NCBI GenBank assembly: GCA_022813965.1
Contig: JALDZS010000015.1
Span: forward strand, 124,001-188,000
Source: Toensbergia leucococca
Lineage: Eukaryota
Reading direction: 5' to 3'
DNA length: 64,000 nucleotides
In this document: in pieces, positions 62,552-64,000 of the stretch
How positions within the stretch are numbered: the first letter of the stretch is position 1
Layout: each line of letters starts with the position of its first letter
The notes under the pieces: generated by a model
Seen by the model: only the letters and a program-made list of their open reading frames with translations
The model's database searches: none
Told to the model about the DNA's origin: nothing
Made by a program: the position numbers and the translations under genes

Positions 62552-64000
62552 TTAATTGAGTTCCTCGAAGCGGCCTTCTTGGACGGCTTTCTCGACGGGA
62601 TTTTGGACGTTCATTACGCCCGTGGCTTTTAATCTGCGGGGTTTGAGGGCAGAGATTAGCGATTTGAGTATTTTTCCAAGGAGGGGTGGGTAGGTGGGCA
62701 ACGAACCGCTCAAATAACACAAACAACTTCTCCGCTTCTCGCTCCTTTTCCTCGTCTGTCATGTCTGGCCCCAGATCCATAGGCTCCATATCTCTTCTCT
62801 GCCCTGTTACAGGGTTGATGTCCTTCCCGTCTGCACTCGTTGTGACTTTCAACCCCAGATCCTCTTCCGTGTCCCCACTTCCCCTGGTGTTCCACTTCTC
62901 CATTGCGTCGTCTGGGACAGCCAGATTGTGCGTCGCGAGATATCCGGCTGCGAAGCCGTAGCCAACATTGCGCACGAAGGTTGTGGGATTCTTGTCGGAG
63001 AGGTCGAAGATCATGCTTGAGACGCTCTCCCGGAGGTTGGGTGCTAATGGGGAGCTGAAGTGTCGAAGAAGGCAGGCAGCGAGAGTGTCGGACTGGCCGA
63101 GGGGTTTAGTGCGCTCGTCATTCGAGGGAAGGAGAAGCGACTGCATGTGCGTCTTGACAGGAGTCGGGGCTAATTCGTAGATTTTGCGCAGGAGAGTCAC
63201 GAGAGGAGTGGCAAGGTTTTCGGATTGCTCTTCCGTGTAGAGTCTCACGGTAGAGTCGAGAATGCTGATGAGGCGGTCGATGTTACATTGGGGATCATTT
63301 TTGGGGAAGAGCGGGTTCGGGCTTGATGGTTTGCATTTGTTACTGTCAAGGTCAAGATTTAGGAGAGAATTGATAAGATATGTGACTGGCGGTTGGAGGG
63401 GCGGTGAGGGAATCTTAGCCCGAGAAAGGATCTTGAGGATATTGGGGAGCGATTTCGTGAAGGTTGCTACATGGTGAGGGTAATATTGGGTTAGGTTGAA
63501 GAGGAGTTTGAGAGTCTCGGAGAGCGCCAGTGTATCCATTGGCGGCGGCGGTGGAGACTTTGGGCCATGTTTAGAATAGAATTTGGAATGGCGGGTGATG
63601 TTCTGGAATTTGATAAGCTTCGACTTGCGGACAGCTGGAGAAACCTCATACCAAATTCATGCTTTCAGCTAGCAAGTGATGCTCAATCAGGTCGTCGAAA
63701 TCCAGCGTCGACTCATAGGTCAACAAAAAGAGAATTCGGGAGTTGAGTAGCTCATCTTCTCGATTGTCGTTCTATTAGGACCATTTAGTTGTTTCCTGAC
63801 GACAAGCTGGACTCATAGATACACCTTCAATCTGTCTGCGGTTTTCCTAGCATAACCTAGGTCGACGAATTTTTGCCGAGTCTTGCTTTGCAGGAGCAAA
63901 ACATTGGCCAGACACTTCAAAGCTTCCCGAGAGGTGATTAGGGAGTTGCCGTCATAGCTATGTCGACTGAGGGTCAGTATACCCTGGAAAATACTCCGTC
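62552..64000 (-). CDS. ric8: Ric8/synembryn G-alpha GEF, 5' end outside window
   Basis: LSETLKLLFNL, FVRNVGYGFAAGYL, INPVTGQ, MTDEEKEREAEKLFVLFER|LKATGVMNVQNPV..GRFEELN*; TAA 62554-62552. Confidence 0.94.

Noticed and set aside
1..64000. Transposons, tRNA or rRNA genes
   Set aside because: No transposase/RT motifs, terminal repeats, cloverleafs or rRNA-like sequence recognised by eye; tRNAscan-SE and a repeat search were not run.

Overview
Intron-rich genomic DNA from a filamentous ascomycete (Pezizomycotina; lineage not determinable from this window), with about 29 protein-coding loci. Housekeeping genes lie at both ends: Sso syntaxin, Sym1, eIF4E, a Mak31-like LSM protein, PPZ phosphatase, an RBR ligase, a sphingomyelinase-like enzyme, WDR6/Trm734, IKS1, a purine nucleoside permease and Ric8. 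The main discovery is a candidate fungal RiPP (dikaritin-like) cluster at about 39.9-55.3 kb. It contains a spliced 84-aa secreted precursor missed by the ORF track, with three KR-flanked EWEDRPPAKQI repeats that lack Tyr. It also has three double-HxxHC (UstYa/DUF3328-type) oxidases, a membrane-anchored prolyl-4-hydroxylase-like 2OG-Fe(II) oxygenase, a HAL-like kinase with a signal anchor, a stand-alone FHA protein, and a second hidden 44-aa secreted peptide gene of the same architecture. Other observations: a convergent pair of paralogous small secreted proteins, a divergent pair of toxin-like secreted proteins, a gene interrupted by one in-frame TAG, a DUF6314-like insert in WDR6, a decayed phenol monooxygenase and a hairpin-dense ORF-poor region. 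All gene models were spliced by hand and family names come from motif recognition, not database searches.
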